From assembly GCA_965242965.1 (NCBI GenBank), contig OZ251518.1, positions 1,664,001 through 1,728,000 on the forward strand: 64,000 bases of DNA. Reading direction: 5' to 3'. Under the pieces are notes generated by a model that was given only the letters and a program-made list of their open reading frames with translations, did no database searches and was not told where the DNA came from. This document shows positions 49,963-60,064 of this stretch, piece by piece. The stretch comes from Candidatus Poribacteria bacterium (lineage in GTDB: Bacteria; Poribacteria; WGA-4E; WGA-3G). Position numbers and translations under genes: made by a program. Numbering within the stretch: the first letter of the stretch is position 1; each line of letters begins with the position of its first letter.

Positions 49963-50260
49963 CAGGGTGTTTCATAAATCGCCTAACGTCGCGGGGGACA
50001 GGCCCCCGCGCTACGACGAAAAAAACGCTGCCCCTTCACGTAGGGCGAGGGCCCTCGGATGCCACACGCGCATCCGAGCGGGTTTCCCTCGCCATGCGGT
50101 TGGCTAGCAAACTGCATAACCCTTGTAGGTCAGGATCGCCTGATCCTGACCCGTTCGGGATCAGGCGATCCCGAACTACAGAGGTGGGCCCAATGCCATC
50201 CGGTATTCGCCCTCCCTCCAAGGCTGGATAAATACCGAAACAGAGTTATGAAACACCCTC
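49963..50260. mobile_element. MITE-like element copy 8
   Basis: CAGGGTGTTTCATA at 49963, TATGAAACACCCTC at 50247-50260; perfect 8-bp flanking repeat AGTTAACA. Confidence 0.88.
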
Positions 50261-50283
50261 AGTTAACAAAGAGGAAAACAGCC

Positions 50284-50865
50284 ATGATTCAACAACCGCA
50301 ACCTTTTGATGCACAGTGGCCGCGATATTGCCCACAGAGACCTTTTCCGCCGTATCGGCATATTCCGGGTGTAACGCCGCATCCTATTCGGGATCCGCTT
50401 GGACATAGTTATGAACCAGTTGAGGAGACCTCGGTTCACGGTTCTTCCGATGCCCTGCTTCCACCGGAGAAGTGGCGGGAAAACGAGGAGTATCTCTACG
50501 GCGTGGATCTCTATAACTTTGCGTATTGGTGGGAGGCGCACGAGGCGTGGGAGGGGCTGTGGCATCAAGCGGAGGATACGTATCGGCTTTTCCTGCAAGG
50601 GTTGATTCAGATTTCGGCGGCGCATATCAAGTATCATTCACGGATGTTGCGTCCTTTGCGGACGCTCTCCACTGCTGGCCGCGAGAAGTTGCGGCAGGTT
50701 GTGTATGAGTCTTCCGGCACGCGCGGTGTCTATATGGGAGTAGACCTGTCTGAATTTTTGGAGAATGCCGATGCGTTTTTCGCGCCGTTCTTTGCGGATG
50801 TTGTCACAGAAGATACCTATCGGGAGGCCGCCGTGAGGGCTCCGCTGATTTCGCTTAAGTTCTAA
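50284..50865 (+). CDS. DUF309 domain protein
   Basis: G..LYN...WWEAHEAWE.LW, FLQGLIQ..AA. Confidence 0.85.
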   Translation: MIQQPQPFDAQWPRYCPQRPFPPYRHIPGVTPHPIRDPLGHSYEPVEETSVHGSSDALLPPEKWRENEEYLYGVDLYNFAYWWEAHEAWEGLWHQAEDTYRLFLQGLIQISAAHIKYHSRMLRPLRTLSTAGREKLRQVVYESSGTRGVYMGVDLSEFLENADAFFAPFFADVVTEDTYREAAVRAPLISLKF

Positions 50866-50872
50866 GTGCGTA

Positions 50873-51519
50873 TCGGGACAAGGATGTCCCTCCTACCCGA
50901 AATGATGCAATACCGTAGGAGAGACCTCCTGGTCTCGATTTCATCGTAGGGCGAGGGCCTGTCCCTCGCCATCGTTCGCGCGCCAGTCTCTGTAGGTCAG
51001 GATCGCCTGATCCTGACCTGTTTGTGATCAGGCGATCAAAAACTACAGAGGGGGAAACACGCATCGTGACGATGGAGCTCGCGGGGGAAACCCGCTCGCA
51101 TGCGCGGATGGCATCCGAGGGCCCCCGCGCTACGGGCGGAGAAAAGCCCCTTTCATCGTAGGGCGAGGGCCTGTCCCTCGCCATCGTTCGTGCGCCAGTC
51201 TCTGTAGGTCAGGATCGCCTGATCCTGACCTGTTTGTGATCAGGCGATCAAAAACTACAGATGGGCAACACACATCGGGACGATGGAGATCGCGGGGGAC
51301 AGGCCCCCGCGCTACGGGCGGAGAAAAGCCCCTTTCATCGTAGGGCGAGGGCCTGTCCCTCGCCATCGTGCTTGCACGCGCATTCCAACGATCGCGGGGG
51401 ACAGGCCCCCGCGCTACGATAAAAAAAACGGTTCTTGAGCCATCGCGGGGGACAGGCCCCCGCGCTACGGGAAAATTGAGACCCGGCGGCAGCCATCGAG
51501 ACCGGGAGGTCTCTCCTAC
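50873..51519. repeat. Intergenic REP-like cluster with ~212-bp tandem duplication
   Basis: TTTCATCGTAGGGCGAGGG... unit starts near 50939, 51151 and 51333. Confidence 0.88.
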
Positions 51520-51525
51520 GGGGAG

Positions 51526-51813
51526 GTGAGTATGGTATCCTTTTTTCCCTTCTTCATTTTTGTGGTGGTTTGCCTCTTCATCGTCGCGCTGTTGGTGGTT
51601 GCGTTTAAGATAGGCGCGCACTTCGGCAGGAGCGATGTTGATGAATTCCGCGCGGCGCGGTGCATGCAATGTCAAACGCGGCGGAAACCGGTGAAGACAG
51701 GCACCGTCCGAAACCTCGTTGAATTTGAGATGCGATGTCCACGTTGTGGGCACATTTCGTGGGATGTTCCACCGAAGACGAATTTGTCCACGCGCCCGAC
51801 AGAACGCGATTAA
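51526..51813 (+). CDS. Small membrane protein with a CxxC...CxxC zinc ribbon
   Basis: Hydrophobic N-terminus, CMQC and CPRC; GGAGGTG RBS (ATG at 51532 possible). Confidence 0.6.
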   Translation: MSMVSFFPFFIFVVVCLFIVALLVVAFKIGAHFGRSDVDEFRAARCMQCQTRRKPVKTGTVRNLVEFEMRCPRCGHISWDVPPKTNLSTRPTERD

Positions 51814-52871
51814 ACCTCCCCATCCCAATAACTGAGACTCTCATCTTTCCGATAGATTTTCCCGACGACATAAGGCAGCACCTTGTTAGAGTCGGGGTAT
51901 TCACTCACATCATAGGGAATAGTTGTGCCGAGGATGAACAACGTCACAGGCGCATCGGTTTCGTTGATGAATTTGTGCGCGCCGATTGCCCCCGGTGGAA
52001 ACGCGATGAAGTCTCCCTGTCGCACGCTGACATCACCGCGCGGCGTTTTGAGGGTGCACGTGCCCTCCATCACATAACACATTTCCTCGCCGAAGTTGTG
52101 GAAATGCATCGGGAAACTCATCTTGCCCGGCTGTAGACGAATTATCCGATACCCCAGATTTTTGCTGCCGATAAGCGCATCGATGTCTTTATCCTCAAAA
52201 TCATAAGGCGACGGTGCGTTTTTCTGCGCCCATGCTATTTCATCAATGTGGATGCGGTTGATATAGATGTCGCGTCGCGCTTGCAGGCAGTCAATGAGGC
52301 GTTGCCGCCCATCTCTGAAGATGGAGTGGCCATCTCCGACAAGAACGGCGTTGAAGTGGAGTGCCAGGATTTTGCGGAGTTCCAGCGCGGCTTTCGGCGC
52401 GTTCTCCAACTTTTCATCTGCCAATAGCGTCAGCGCGCCCATCGGTTCGCCGACAACCAAATCGCCGAAGAGGACGGCCCGCTTACCGGGAAAATAGAGG
52501 GCGATTTCGCCGGGGCTCTTTCCGTGCTGCAGATGCACGGCGTGTAGCCCCTGCACAATCTCTTCGCCATCGCAAATCGTTCGCGCGGGTGTGACGTTGA
52601 GCGCATCGGCATCCGCTTCATGCACGATTATCTCGGCACCGGTGAGTTCCTGAAAGGCGGCGGCTTCGCGTTCGTGGTCCCGGTTAGTTAGGACAATCCA
52701 CTTCGCGCCGCCGAGTTCAGCGAGCTGCGCTTCGTCGGGACTGCTCATTGGAACCGGATCGATGAGGATGTTTCCTTTCTCCTGCAACCACAGATGTCCG
52801 TTAAAGTCAATCTGCCGTTCTTCACTGAAGGCAGACCAGGTGTAGATGTCTTCAAAAATCAAGCGTTTCAT
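51810..52871 (-). CDS. MBL-fold domain fused to a cupin domain
   Basis: LIDP, LTNRDHER, GD, VGDG; C-terminal H.H...EE..YV.EG and PG...AH cupin motifs. Confidence 0.85.
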   Translation of the reverse strand: MKRLIFEDIYTWSAFSEERQIDFNGHLWLQEKGNILIDPVPMSSPDEAQLAELGGAKWIVLTNRDHEREAAAFQELTGAEIIVHEADADALNVTPARTICDGEEIVQGLHAVHLQHGKSPGEIALYFPGKRAVLFGDLVVGEPMGALTLLADEKLENAPKAALELRKILALHFNAVLVGDGHSIFRDGRQRLIDCLQARRDIYINRIHIDEIAWAQKNAPSPYDFEDKDIDALIGSKNLGYRIIRLQPGKMSFPMHFHNFGEEMCYVMEGTCTLKTPRGDVSVRQGDFIAFPPGAIGAHKFINETDAPVTLFILGTTIPYDVSEYPDSNKVLPYVVGKIYRKDESLSYWDGEV

Positions 52872-52965
52872 GTGTGTTGATTTTCCCGTTTTTTGTTGGG
52901 TAGGCGCGTGTTGTGAGGGCGCGTAAGGCTTCGCGATTTGAAACCGCGCCTACCGGTGATGGGTA

Positions 52966-53496
52966 TCAGGGTTGCGCTTCCTTTGAAACGAACCCGTAAA
53001 CCTCAATTTCGTGGGCGTAGGCTCTACCGAGTTGGATTTGCGGCACCATCGCGTTGAGACGTTCGGAGAATTTTCGTGCCCTATGCTTATCGTCAGCAGT
53101 GCCGCTGATATAGACGCGAAGTGCCTCCGTGACGACACTCATCCGCATCTCAATTGCCTGCCCGCGGTTATTTTTGACTTGCTGGATCGCCTGCCACCGT
53201 CCATTGCCTTGGAGTTTTTGATACACCATTGCATCCCGAATGTTCGTGCCGCGGATAACGATACGGTGGATAGGCTTCCGAGTCGGCAGCGTGATGTGAA
53301 TCCACCTTCCATCGGCATACCCTCTGGTTTTCAGATCGCCGTCTATCATGCCCGGGTCGGTGCAGGTTACGCCTTCCGTGATGGCGTAGTTTGTCCATTC
53401 TTGCGGTTCGATGAGGGCGCGGAGTGCCTGGGATTGGCATCCGGAGAATGGGATAATCGCGCAGAGTGATAAGAGAATGATAAGGTAATGTCGCAT
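52966..53496 (-). CDS. Putative lipoprotein with a discoidin/galactose-binding-like domain
   Basis: MRHYLIILL...FSGC lipobox; IDGD..T, EIEVYG. Confidence 0.75.
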   Translation of the reverse strand: MRHYLIILLSLCAIIPFSGCQSQALRALIEPQEWTNYAITEGVTCTDPGMIDGDLKTRGYADGRWIHITLPTRKPIHRIVIRGTNIRDAMVYQKLQGNGRWQAIQQVKNNRGQAIEMRMSVVTEALRVYISGTADDKHRARKFSERLNAMVPQIQLGRAYAHEIEVYGFVSKEAQP

Positions 53497-53567
53497 GGGT
53501 TTTTCCTTGCGAGGGACAGGCCCTCGCGCTGCGGGTTCCGGGGCATCGCGAGGGACAGGCCCTCGCG

Positions 53568-54452
53568 CTACGGGTTCCGAGGCGGCGTTTCTTGTTTTGT
53601 ATACGCCTGCACTAAGTCGCCTTTGCGGAAGCCGGGGACGGCGGTGGCGCACTCCTGTGCTAAGCGTTCATAATCGATGCGCATGAGCCGCGCTAAGACA
53701 TGAGGATTTTTCGCCTTCAGCAATAGCCATTGCTTATTCCGTTCGCACTGCTTTTCGTCGGTCTCCTTGCGGGAGTAATCTTGCCATCCTTGGCACGGCA
53801 CGGCGAAATCAAAGGCGTTTCGGAAGACCTTCAGCGCGGCAGGCGTGTTGTTATACTGCCACATCTGGAAATCCGGGTGCGCGATAGGCAACGGTTGATG
53901 GAGCCGCATGTCGGGATACGCGTTCGCTTCGCCCCGGGTCCAGATTTGGAATTCTGTGTTCACGGCGTAAGGTTTGTCATTGCCGAGTTGAAACGCTTCC
54001 CTCGGCAGTGCCAATTTGCTGATGAACCGCATGCTGGAGTCAAGTTGCTTATGCACCGTCCACTTCCTGAAAATGACTGGCACGATGAAGGCGACGGTAT
54101 CCGCCAAATAGGCGGCGTGATTGAAGAACGCTATCGCCAATTTCCCGCGTTTGCCAAACGGCGGGTTGCCGATGATGGCAGTTTCTGTTGGTGCTACATC
54201 GGTCGCGCTTACTGACAACGGCATTGGGAAACCGGTCACTTTAAAAAAATCTTGTGCGATGACCCCTTCGCATTTGGGTTCAATGTCCATGCCTAATCTG
54301 CGTTGTGGCGGCAAGAGGTTGTAAAACGCGCCGGTGCCAGCGGAAGGTTCAAGAAAAAATAGGTTATCCACTGCGAAGATTTCAGTGAAATGCTTCCAAC
54401 AAGCGGCGGCGATTTCTTTTTTTGTGTAAAATTGGTCCAATGCGTTTTGCAT
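53568..54452 (-). CDS. Orphan SAM-dependent DNA adenine methyltransferase-like protein
   Basis: DQFYT, EPSAGTG, GNPPFG, AFIVP. Confidence 0.82.
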   Translation of the reverse strand: MQNALDQFYTKKEIAAACWKHFTEIFAVDNLFFLEPSAGTGAFYNLLPPQRRLGMDIEPKCEGVIAQDFFKVTGFPMPLSVSATDVAPTETAIIGNPPFGKRGKLAIAFFNHAAYLADTVAFIVPVIFRKWTVHKQLDSSMRFISKLALPREAFQLGNDKPYAVNTEFQIWTRGEANAYPDMRLHQPLPIAHPDFQMWQYNNTPAALKVFRNAFDFAVPCQGWQDYSRKETDEKQCERNKQWLLLKAKNPHVLARLMRIDYERLAQECATAVPGFRKGDLVQAYTKQETPPRNP

Positions 54453-54518
54453 AGTGATTAAAGTATAGCAAAGTTTGAGGTGTGATGTCAAGGTTTTTTC
54501 GTTAACGCCGTTTTTCCC

Positions 54519-55032
54519 GTAGCGCGGGGGCCTGTCCCCCGCGATCCTTCATTTGTAGTTCGGGATCGCCTGATCCCGAACAGGTCAAGATCAGGCGATC
54601 TTGACCTACAGGGACGAAACAAACCTATCCTCAACCGAGGCGAGAACGCCGCGTGGAACGTAGCGCGGGGGCCTGTCCCCCGCGATCTCACCGACGAAAC
54701 GAAAAACGCCCGCAGTCCGGAGGCCACGGACGTTTGCTGCTAAGACCTAGGCATGGCGAGGGACAGGCCCTCGCCCTACGGTAAGACGTGCCGTTTTTTT
54801 CCCGTAGCGCGGGGGGCTGTCCCCCGCGAGTGTTCGATCCACACGAAAAACGTCGCTTGGAACGTAGCGCGGGGGCCTGTCCCCCGCGATCTCCCCGCCG
54901 AAATGAAAAACGCCCGCAGCCCAGAGACCACGGTCGTTTGCTGCCAAGACCGAGGCACGGCGAGGGACAGGCCCTCGCCCTACGGTGAAGGGATGGCGTT
55001 TTTTCATCGTAGGGCGGGGGCCTGTCCCCCGC
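54519..55032. repeat. Intergenic REP-like cluster with internal duplication
   Basis: TGGAACGTAGCGCGGGGG...GAAAAACGCCCGCAG unit at about 54654 and 54858. Confidence 0.88.
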
Positions 55033-55122
55033 GTTCCAACTAAAACGCATTGCATTCTTGCTTTAAAATCGCTTCTATGGTATCATCGACACAAATTAGG
55101 AATGTGGATACGGAGAAACCGA

Positions 55123-56163
55123 ATGTATAAAAGCGCGATTTTGGGGTGCAGAGGACGTGCAAGAGGACACGCCCGCGCCTATGAACACGTCAAAGGCGGA
55201 AAATTGGCAGCGATTTGTGATATGAATGAAGAGCTGCTCAACGGCTTCGGTGATGAGTTCGGGATAGATGCCCGATACACCGATCTTGACGAGATGCTCA
55301 CAAAGGAGAAACCAGACCTGTTGCATATCGTGACTGCGCCGGTGCTGCGCGGGTCGAACGAACGCATCCGATACCCGCTGATGCATCAGGCATCCGAGCA
55401 CGGGGTGCCGGCGGCGATTGTCGAAAAACCGATTGCGGTGGAGAGTGAGGATTGGCGGCAGATTTCTGAGCTCTCGCAGCAGACAAAAACGAAGTTCGTC
55501 GTGAATACGCAACTCAATTTCCATCCGCAGAACCTTGCGTTGAAACGCGATGTAGCGGAAGGGAAGATCGGCGCGATTAAGTTTATTGAGGCGAGCGCGC
55601 GGAATCCGCCTGTCGATCAGGCACCGCACGTGTTGCAATTGGTGTCGTCTTACATTGACAACTCGCGTCCGGTGAGAGTGCATGGACAGATTTCGGGTGC
55701 CGGGCAGTTGGATGGCGCGCAGCCATCGCCGGCAAATGCGACAGCGTTGGTGACTTACGCGAACGGCGTGCAAGCCTCCGTCGCTTTCGGGCCGGAAATG
55801 GCACCGCGCGTGTTGCCGGATACCGGGAATAATCGGCATAAGCGGGTCTGCGTATTTGGACAACACGGGTTTGTCCACTGGCGGTTCGAGAGTTGGGAAC
55901 GCAACACCCCCGAAGGCGGGTATGAAGGCGGAGACCTGAGTTACGGCGCGCAGGATGTCATCGCGCAGGGCGGCCTCACCGATGCAGTGTTTGAATGGCT
56001 GGACGATGAGAGTCGGGTGCATCCGACGCACTTGCCGCAGTCCCTGGCGGAATTCAATCTGCTGTTGGGGATTTATTATAGCGGGTTGACGAATACCGTA
56101 GTCGATTTGCCGTTCGATCCGCCAGATGGGATGATGGCGATGTTCCGGGCCTCCTTATCGTAG
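55123..56163 (+). CDS. Gfo/Idh/MocA family oxidoreductase
   Basis: AILGC, AICD, EKPD, VEKPIA. Confidence 0.88.
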   Translation: MYKSAILGCRGRARGHARAYEHVKGGKLAAICDMNEELLNGFGDEFGIDARYTDLDEMLTKEKPDLLHIVTAPVLRGSNERIRYPLMHQASEHGVPAAIVEKPIAVESEDWRQISELSQQTKTKFVVNTQLNFHPQNLALKRDVAEGKIGAIKFIEASARNPPVDQAPHVLQLVSSYIDNSRPVRVHGQISGAGQLDGAQPSPANATALVTYANGVQASVAFGPEMAPRVLPDTGNNRHKRVCVFGQHGFVHWRFESWERNTPEGGYEGGDLSYGAQDVIAQGGLTDAVFEWLDDESRVHPTHLPQSLAEFNLLLGIYYSGLTNTVVDLPFDPPDGMMAMFRASLS

Positions 56164-56450
56164 GGCGAGGGCCTGTCCCTCGCCGTGCCTCGATCGGGAG
56201 GGAGATGGCGTTGGTTGGCGTGCGTTTTTTTGCGCGGGTCGAGCGATCGCGGGGGACAGGCCCCCGCGCTACGGTTGGTGAGGCCGTCTCCATTTATCGT
56301 AGGGCGAGGGCCTGTCCCTCGTCATGCCAGGTTCGCGGGGGACAGGCCCCCGCGCTACGGGCCACGGCGCGCGTTATCGTAGGGCGAGGGCCTGTCCCTC
56401 GCCATCGTTCGCGGCCGCGGACACTCGCGGGGGACAGGCCCCCGCGCTAC
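56160..56450. repeat. Three REP doublets (GGCGAGGG hairpin facing CGCGGGGG hairpin)
   Basis: GTAGGGCGAGGGCCTGTCCCTCG ... CGCGGGGGACAGGCCCCCGCGCTAC x3. Confidence 0.9.
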
Positions 56451-56487
56451 GGGCCAAAGATATATCTGTCCAGCGGAATTAAAAAAC

Positions 56488-58479
56488 ATGCTCACATTTA
56501 AACAACTCATCGCTTATGGATTCGGAGAAGAGGAAGCGAAGGCAGTGAACGCGCTTTTGGCAGAGAAAGATGCAGCGGCGTGTTGGCGCGAACTTTCACG
56601 CAATATCTTGTCACCAAGACATCCGTTCGCCATCCATCAACTGCTTTATGAGACGGTGTATGCAGCGTGGCATGCCGAAACGCAAGGCCCGCCACCGGCT
56701 TGGTTTCCTTATGAAACGGATATTGCGCATGCCAACATTACGCAGTTAATGGAGAAGTTGGAGATAGAAACCTATCGCGAATTTCATGCATGGAGTGTGA
56801 GCAACCGTGCCGCGTTTTGGGAGACGATGATCGAAACATTGGGGGTTCATGTTCCTTCCCTAAAGGTGGAGATTGCGGGTAGAAACCTGAATATCACAAA
56901 GCGCTGCTATAACATCGTTGAGAGTTGTTTCAGCGCGCCTGACGATGCCGTCGCGATTATCGCGCGGAGCGAAACGGATGCAACGCTGAAAAAAATTACC
57001 TATCGCGAGTTAGAATCTCTAACGAACCGCGTTGCGAATGGACTCGTGGCACTCGGCATTGAACCGGGGGATGCGGTGGCGGTTGATATGCCGATGCACG
57101 CAGAATCGGTCGCAATTTATTTGGGCATCGTGAAGGCGGGGTGCGCGGTAGTATCCATCGCCGATAGTTTCGCGCCAGCCGAAATTGCGACGCGGCTTCG
57201 CATCGGCAACGCGAAGGCGGTTTTTACGCAGGACGCTATTTATCGGGATGGGAAACGGCTGCCGTTATATGAGAAGATTGTTGCCGCGGAAGCACCGAAG
57301 GCGGTTGTGTTGTCTGCACCAAAAGCGGGATTAGCGGATAGGGACGATGTGACGTGGGAGGATTTTCTAAGCGACTGCGAGACGTTTACAGCCGTGCCGT
57401 GTCATCCCGAAACGCATACGAATATCCTCTTTTCCTCTGGCACGACAGGGGAGCCGAAGGCAATTCCGTGGACGCATACCACGCCGATTAAATGCGCTGC
57501 CGATGCTTTCCTCCATCACGATATTCATCCCAACGATGTCCTCGCCTGGCCGACAAACCTTGGCTGGATGATGGGACCGTGGCTTATCTACGCGAGTCTT
57601 ATCAATCGGGGCACTATTGCGCTGTATGACGGCGTGCCAACCGGGCGCGATTTCGGCATTTTCGTGCAGGATGCCAAGGTAAATCTGCTCGGTGTGGTGC
57701 CGACGCTCGTGCGCGCATGGAAAAATAGTGAGTGCATGAAGGGACTAGACTGGAGCGCGATTCGGGTTTTTAGTTCGACCGGGGAGTGTTCTAATCCAAT
57801 GGAGATGCTGTTTTTGATGTCGCTCGCAGGGTATCGGCCCGTGATTGAATACTGCGGTGGTACAGAAATCGGAGGCGCGTATGTGACAGGGACGCGCGTG
57901 CAACCAGCTGCGCCATCAACGTTTACCACACCCGCGCTCGGTTTGGATTTTGTGCTTTGCGATGAAGAGGGGAATTTTGCCGATAACGGCGAGGTTTTTA
58001 TCGTCCCGCCATCGCTGGGATTGTCGGGGAGTTTGGTGAACGCCGAACATGACGCTGTTTACTTTTCGGGAACGCCGCAGCCGAATTTGCGTCGGCACGG
58101 GGATGCGCTAGAACGGCTGGCGAACGGGTATTATCGCATTCATGGGCGCGTTGACGATACGATGAATCTGAGCGGGATTAAGGTGAGTTCCGCGGAAATT
58201 GAGGAAGTCCTGAACGGCGTTGATGGAATTCGGGAGACAGCGGCGGTGGCAGTATCGCCGAGGGATGGAGGACCGAGTCGATTGGTAATTTATGTTGTGC
58301 CTCTCGATGCGATTTCCATCCCGGAAAGTCACGCAGCGTTGCAGACTGCATTGCGTCAGCGGCTGAATCCGTTGTTTCGGATTGATGAGATTGTTGTCGT
58401 TGATGCATTGCCGCGCACTGCATCGAATAAGGTGATGCGGCGATTGCTGCGGGAGCAAAAAGCCGGTAGTGAACCGTAG
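56488..58479 (+). CDS. AMP-dependent acyl-CoA synthetase (acetyl-CoA synthetase-like)
   Basis: FSSGTTGEPK, GWMMGPW, YCGGTEIGG, GRVDD, LPRTASNK. Confidence 0.92.
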   Translation: MLTFKQLIAYGFGEEEAKAVNALLAEKDAAACWRELSRNILSPRHPFAIHQLLYETVYAAWHAETQGPPPAWFPYETDIAHANITQLMEKLEIETYREFHAWSVSNRAAFWETMIETLGVHVPSLKVEIAGRNLNITKRCYNIVESCFSAPDDAVAIIARSETDATLKKITYRELESLTNRVANGLVALGIEPGDAVAVDMPMHAESVAIYLGIVKAGCAVVSIADSFAPAEIATRLRIGNAKAVFTQDAIYRDGKRLPLYEKIVAAEAPKAVVLSAPKAGLADRDDVTWEDFLSDCETFTAVPCHPETHTNILFSSGTTGEPKAIPWTHTTPIKCAADAFLHHDIHPNDVLAWPTNLGWMMGPWLIYASLINRGTIALYDGVPTGRDFGIFVQDAKVNLLGVVPTLVRAWKNSECMKGLDWSAIRVFSSTGECSNPMEMLFLMSLAGYRPVIEYCGGTEIGGAYVTGTRVQPAAPSTFTTPALGLDFVLCDEEGNFADNGEVFIVPPSLGLSGSLVNAEHDAVYFSGTPQPNLRRHGDALERLANGYYRIHGRVDDTMNLSGIKVSSAEIEEVLNGVDGIRETAAVAVSPRDGGPSRLVIYVVPLDAISIPESHAALQTALRQRLNPLFRIDEIVVVDALPRTASNKVMRRLLREQKAGSEP

Positions 58480-58509
58480 GGCGCGGGTGATTTTTTGTGC
58501 TCGGGCAGT

Positions 58510-59123
58510 CGCGAGGGACAGGCCCTCGCGCTACGGTAAGCAGCACGTTTTTTCACTGTAGCGCGGGGGCCCTCGGATGCCATACGCGCATCCGAGCGGG
58601 TTTCCCCCGCGATCGTTCTCCCACTCCATCTGTAGTTCGGGAGCACCCGCTCCCGACCGGGCAAGAGCAGGCGCTCTTGCCCTACAGATAGGGGCCGCCT
58701 CCTACTCCCGTGTCTGCTTAAGAGTCTTCGCATTGCAAGGTGCTATAGACATTAAGGTCCTACGGACCTAAAGAGACGTTTTATCGCGATAAACCTCCTA
58801 ATCTTGCAAATCCGGAGCAGGATTCACAAGATTATCACGATTTACCAGGATTAGGAGCAGGATTATCACGATTATCACGATTATCAAGATTATAGATTCT
58901 GATTCACCAACCCCCCGTGGCCTGCCAAAACCACGCCGGCGCACCAGAAACCTAATCCTGTGAAATCCTGGAAATCGTGAAAATCCTGCTCAAAATCGTG
59001 AAAATCCTGCTCGTTTCTTGCTCTAGGCGATTGGACGATTGCGAGGGACAGGCCCTCGCGCTACGATGTGTGGGAGATTTTTGCTGTGGTCGGACGATCG
59101 CGAGGGACAGGCCCTCGCGCTAC
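58510..59123. repeat. Repeat mosaic including inverted 9-bp-period arrays
   Basis: CA(G/C/A)GATT... array at 58818-58898 facing AATC(C/G)TG array at 58954-59012. Confidence 0.85.
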
Positions 59124-59181
59124 GGTGCGAGGGGATTTTCGGGACGCGCGGGATTTTCTGTTAAAAAATTCACAAAAAAAT

Positions 59182-59210
59182 TTGACAAACTAGGATTTTT
59201 GTGGTATAAT
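59182..59210 (+). promoter_or_regulatory. Perfect-consensus sigma70 promoter
   Basis: TTGACA-17-TATAAT with TG extension. Confidence 0.8.
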
Positions 59211-59602
59211 TCTTATTGATTGAAAAATGGGTGACACGGCAATCCGAAATCTCTCAAAAGGCGGCAACTATGCAAAACGCACGTATCCATCGTAACATCG
59301 AAAAGGCGATACCTCTCCGTAGTGCATCGCGTTGCGCCTTCGCGCCCTCACAGGCGATCGGTTGTTTTGACAATCGGTTAGGACGATTTACCCCCCCTTA
59401 TCACGTAGGTTAAGTATAGTTTCACAAGGTAACGTTCGATATTCATCGTCGTTTTGCCTTCAATCCCGCGCGAGCTCTGTCTCGTTGCGGGCTATTTCTG
59501 TTGCACAAGACAGGCGCGATTTCTTGTCTGCGCGGTTTCAAACCGCGCCTTTGCGCCTATTTTCTTTAACTGCTCGCCAGAGTGCGAGAAAGGAGATTTT
59601 TG

Positions 59603-60004
59603 ATGAAAAATAGTTTTCGCGTTTTCGCGTTAATGCTGGTTGCGTTATTCGCCATTGCCTTCGTCGGTTGCGGCGGAGACGATGAAGATGAAGCAGTGGA
59701 GGAACTCACCGGAAGGTATACGGCTACTGAGGTGAGTGTTGAAGGAGGCGGAACTTCTGTTGTTGTCCGTCCTCCAGACCTCTTTGGCCAACTTACCCTC
59801 GGTAGTAAAGGTGGCCCCTGGTCTCTAACTCTTTTGTTCCCCGAGTCTGATCGGATTGACGAATCCGGCACCACTTGGATTGCCAATGGAACAGATTTAT
59901 GGCTGGACGAAGAACCTAGCCCTTACACATGGGATGGAACGTATCTCATATTTTCTAATACCGCAGATGGAGTGACGTTGCGTATTAAGTGGCAGAAAAC
60001 TTAA
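59603..60004 (+). CDS. Small lipoprotein (lipocalin-like beta barrel possible)
   Basis: MKNSFR-hydrophobic-FVGC lipobox, acidic linker, LTGRY; AAGGAG RBS. Confidence 0.82.
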   Translation: MKNSFRVFALMLVALFAIAFVGCGGDDEDEAVEELTGRYTATEVSVEGGGTSVVVRPPDLFGQLTLGSKGGPWSLTLLFPESDRIDESGTTWIANGTDLWLDEEPSPYTWDGTYLIFSNTADGVTLRIKWQKT

Positions 60005-60064
60005 CGCCACGTTCATCCGCAACTGGGGGCTGCAGGATTGCTCAAACCGTGTCACCTTTTCACC

